From a virus: a DNA stretch of 40,216 nucleotides. The notes below the pieces were generated by a model that was not told the origin of the DNA, did no database searches, and saw only the letters and a list, made by a program, of their open reading frames with translations. Position numbers and translations under genes: made by a program. How positions within the stretch are numbered: position 1 is the first letter of the stretch; each line of letters opens with the position of its first letter. Positions 39,345 through 40,216 of the stretch are shown here, piece after piece. Where the stretch lies: the IMG/VR virus record IMGVR_UViG_3300017685_000004, positions 1 through 40,216 of that record; one strand, written 5' to 3'.

Positions 39345-39805
39345 TGCTCGAACCGGTCCGGCTATCGCGCATCACGGCGCAGGTGCAAATCACTGATCCG
39401 CAAGGCCGGCCAACACCGGTGTTCATGCGGTACTTCAACGACACGCTGAAGCTGATCGAGACGACGATTAACGGCGTCGTAGATGCACAGAATGCTGCAG
39501 ATGCCGCGCGCTTGGCGGCGGACACCGCGCAGGAAACGGGCGAGCAGGCGCAATTCACGGCGGACGGCAAGATTAGCCAGGATGACGCGGACAAGCTCTA
39601 TGTAGCGCGTGACGCGACGCCGGAATGGATGCCAGCGACTGGCGATGCCGATCGATCGAGCTTTGCGGTCTATCAAGCCCCGATCATCACTGATCCGCCC
39701 ACCGCAGCACAGGTGCAAGCATTGGCGAACGCGGCTCAGACGATGCACCAGCACATGAAGGCGCTGGTGGACGACCTGATCCTAAACAGTACCGTGACAG
39801 GCTGA
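39344..39805 (+). CDS. Tail needle, P22 gp26-like
   Basis: A coiled-coil central part. The C-terminal EWMPATGDADRSSFAVYQAPIITDPPTAAQVQALANAAQTMHQHMKALVDDL parallels P22 gp26 GWTAATGTANKGVFDADLTFAVSDTYTQSEIQAIANALITERRRTKAMEDAL (from memory). Confidence 0.6.
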   Translation: MLEPVRLSRITAQVQITDPQGRPTPVFMRYFNDTLKLIETTINGVVDAQNAADAARLAADTAQETGEQAQFTADGKISQDDADKLYVARDATPEWMPATGDADRSSFAVYQAPIITDPPTAAQVQALANAAQTMHQHMKALVDDLILNSTVTG

Positions 39806-39834
39806 TTGCGCGCCTGTGCGCGGCATCCGACAAT
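39806..39834 (+). promoter_or_regulatory. Candidate sigma70-type promoter: TTGCGC-N17-GACAAT
   Basis: It shares its -35 hexamer with the candidate PR. It lies 9 nt upstream of late motif copy 4. Confidence 0.3.
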
Positions 39835-39842
39835 TCCACCGG

Positions 39843-39859
39843 ATATGCCTATACCGGGG
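39843..39859 (+). promoter_or_regulatory. Late intergenic motif copy: ATATGCCTATACCGGGG
   Basis: Fourth copy, 22 nt upstream of the ATG at 39881. Confidence 0.45.
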
Positions 39860-39880
39860 CGCGCAATAGGATATTGAGGG

Positions 39881-40216
39881 ATGGTCGTACCGCTTATTGC
39901 AGCAGCAGGCATCGGTGCAGTTGGGTCGATCCTTGGCGGCCTGCTCGGCGGAGGTAGCGCCAAGAAAGCGGCGCAAATCCAGCAGCAGACGGCGCGGGAA
40001 CAGATCGCGGCCAATGAGCGCAATCGGGCGCAGTTGGTTGGTCTATCGCAGCCATCAATCGACCGTGGCAATTCGGCTGGTGATACCTTCGCAGGCTTGC
40101 TGGGTGTCGGAGGTGATCCTGCCGCATCGGCAGCGGCGCTTAACACCTATCGCGGCTCGACCGGATATCAAGACTTGCTCAACACCGGGCTGGGGGCGGT
40201 CAACGCGCAGGCTTAC
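39881..40216 (+). CDS. N-terminal part of the junction-spanning ejection-protein candidate (continues at 1..510)
   Basis: ATG directly after GAGGG. It starts with the hydrophobic Gly-rich helix MVVPLIAAAGIGAVGSILGGLLGGG. No stop occurs before the window end, and the frame matches 1..510 through the overlap. Confidence 0.6.
   Translation, partial: MVVPLIAAAGIGAVGSILGGLLGGGSAKKAAQIQQQTAREQIAANERNRAQLVGLSQPSIDRGNSAGDTFAGLLGVGGDPAASAAALNTYRGSTGYQDLLNTGLGAVNAQAY
40094..40216. repeat. Terminal overlap copy 2, identical to 1..123
   Basis: Base-for-base identity with the window start. Confidence 0.97.

Larger units (their letters stand above)
1..40216. mobile_element. Complete temperate phage genome with P22-like structural gene order, circularly closed contig (unit length 40093 bp)
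   Basis: The ends are identical over 123 bp and an ORF reads through the junction. Terminase, portal, capsid, tail, lysis, integrase/excisionase, repressor and replication modules are all present. Confidence 0.85.

Overview
The window is one circularly closed temperate phage genome. Bases 1..123 repeat exactly at 40094..40216, and an ORF starting at 39881 reads through that junction into 1..510, so the unit length is 40093 bp. The DNA is visibly GC-rich. A GapR/DUF2312 homologue points to an alphaproteobacterial host (inference).

Layout:
(1) The + strand late operon runs from about 28.9 kb through the junction to 13.3 kb. It encodes TerS, TerL, portal, scaffold, major capsid, a decoration candidate and a P22 gp4-like adaptor. 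Three inserted small genes follow, one of them a collagen-like fibre. Next come a P22 gp10-like hub protein, a gp26-like needle, three ejection-protein candidates and a beta-helix tailspike. A lysis block follows (GH24 endolysin plus small membrane proteins). The operon ends with a 5-kb accessory island of Ig/Calx-beta-like repeat proteins, an SGNH esterase and a Sec-signal clan GH-A-like glycosidase.
(2) The - strand early-left operon starts at a candidate PL (about 24.3 kb). It is gapless, with every gene junction overlapping, and includes Erf, DUF1367-like and DUF968-like proteins, xis and int.
(3) A 171-bp candidate attP gap lies at 17016..17186.
(4) A post-att cluster on the - strand holds a C5 DNA methyltransferase, a Zn-ribbon protein, a SLOG/DUF2493-like protein, a DUF551-like protein and a 70-codon release-factor-like GGQ protein.
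(5) The immunity region (24.3..25.0 kb) has an HTH repressor flanked on both sides by GCTACG-N5-CGTAGC operators, and a cro-like gene whose ATG sits 8 nt after the operator.
(6) The + strand early-right operon carries regulators, GapR, RusA and an initiator-like gene with embedded iterons plus an AT-rich stretch (candidate ori).

I recognised no rRNA, tRNA or CRISPR array. All functional calls come from reading motifs by eye; no search was run.

Most worth a second look: the minimal GGQ release-factor-like gene; the post-att cluster and the lone strong + strand terminator beside it; the TATGCCTA..GGGG motif present in four late intergenic gaps; the embedded ori; and the polysaccharide-active island with a Calx-beta-like domain that appears split across two cistrons.
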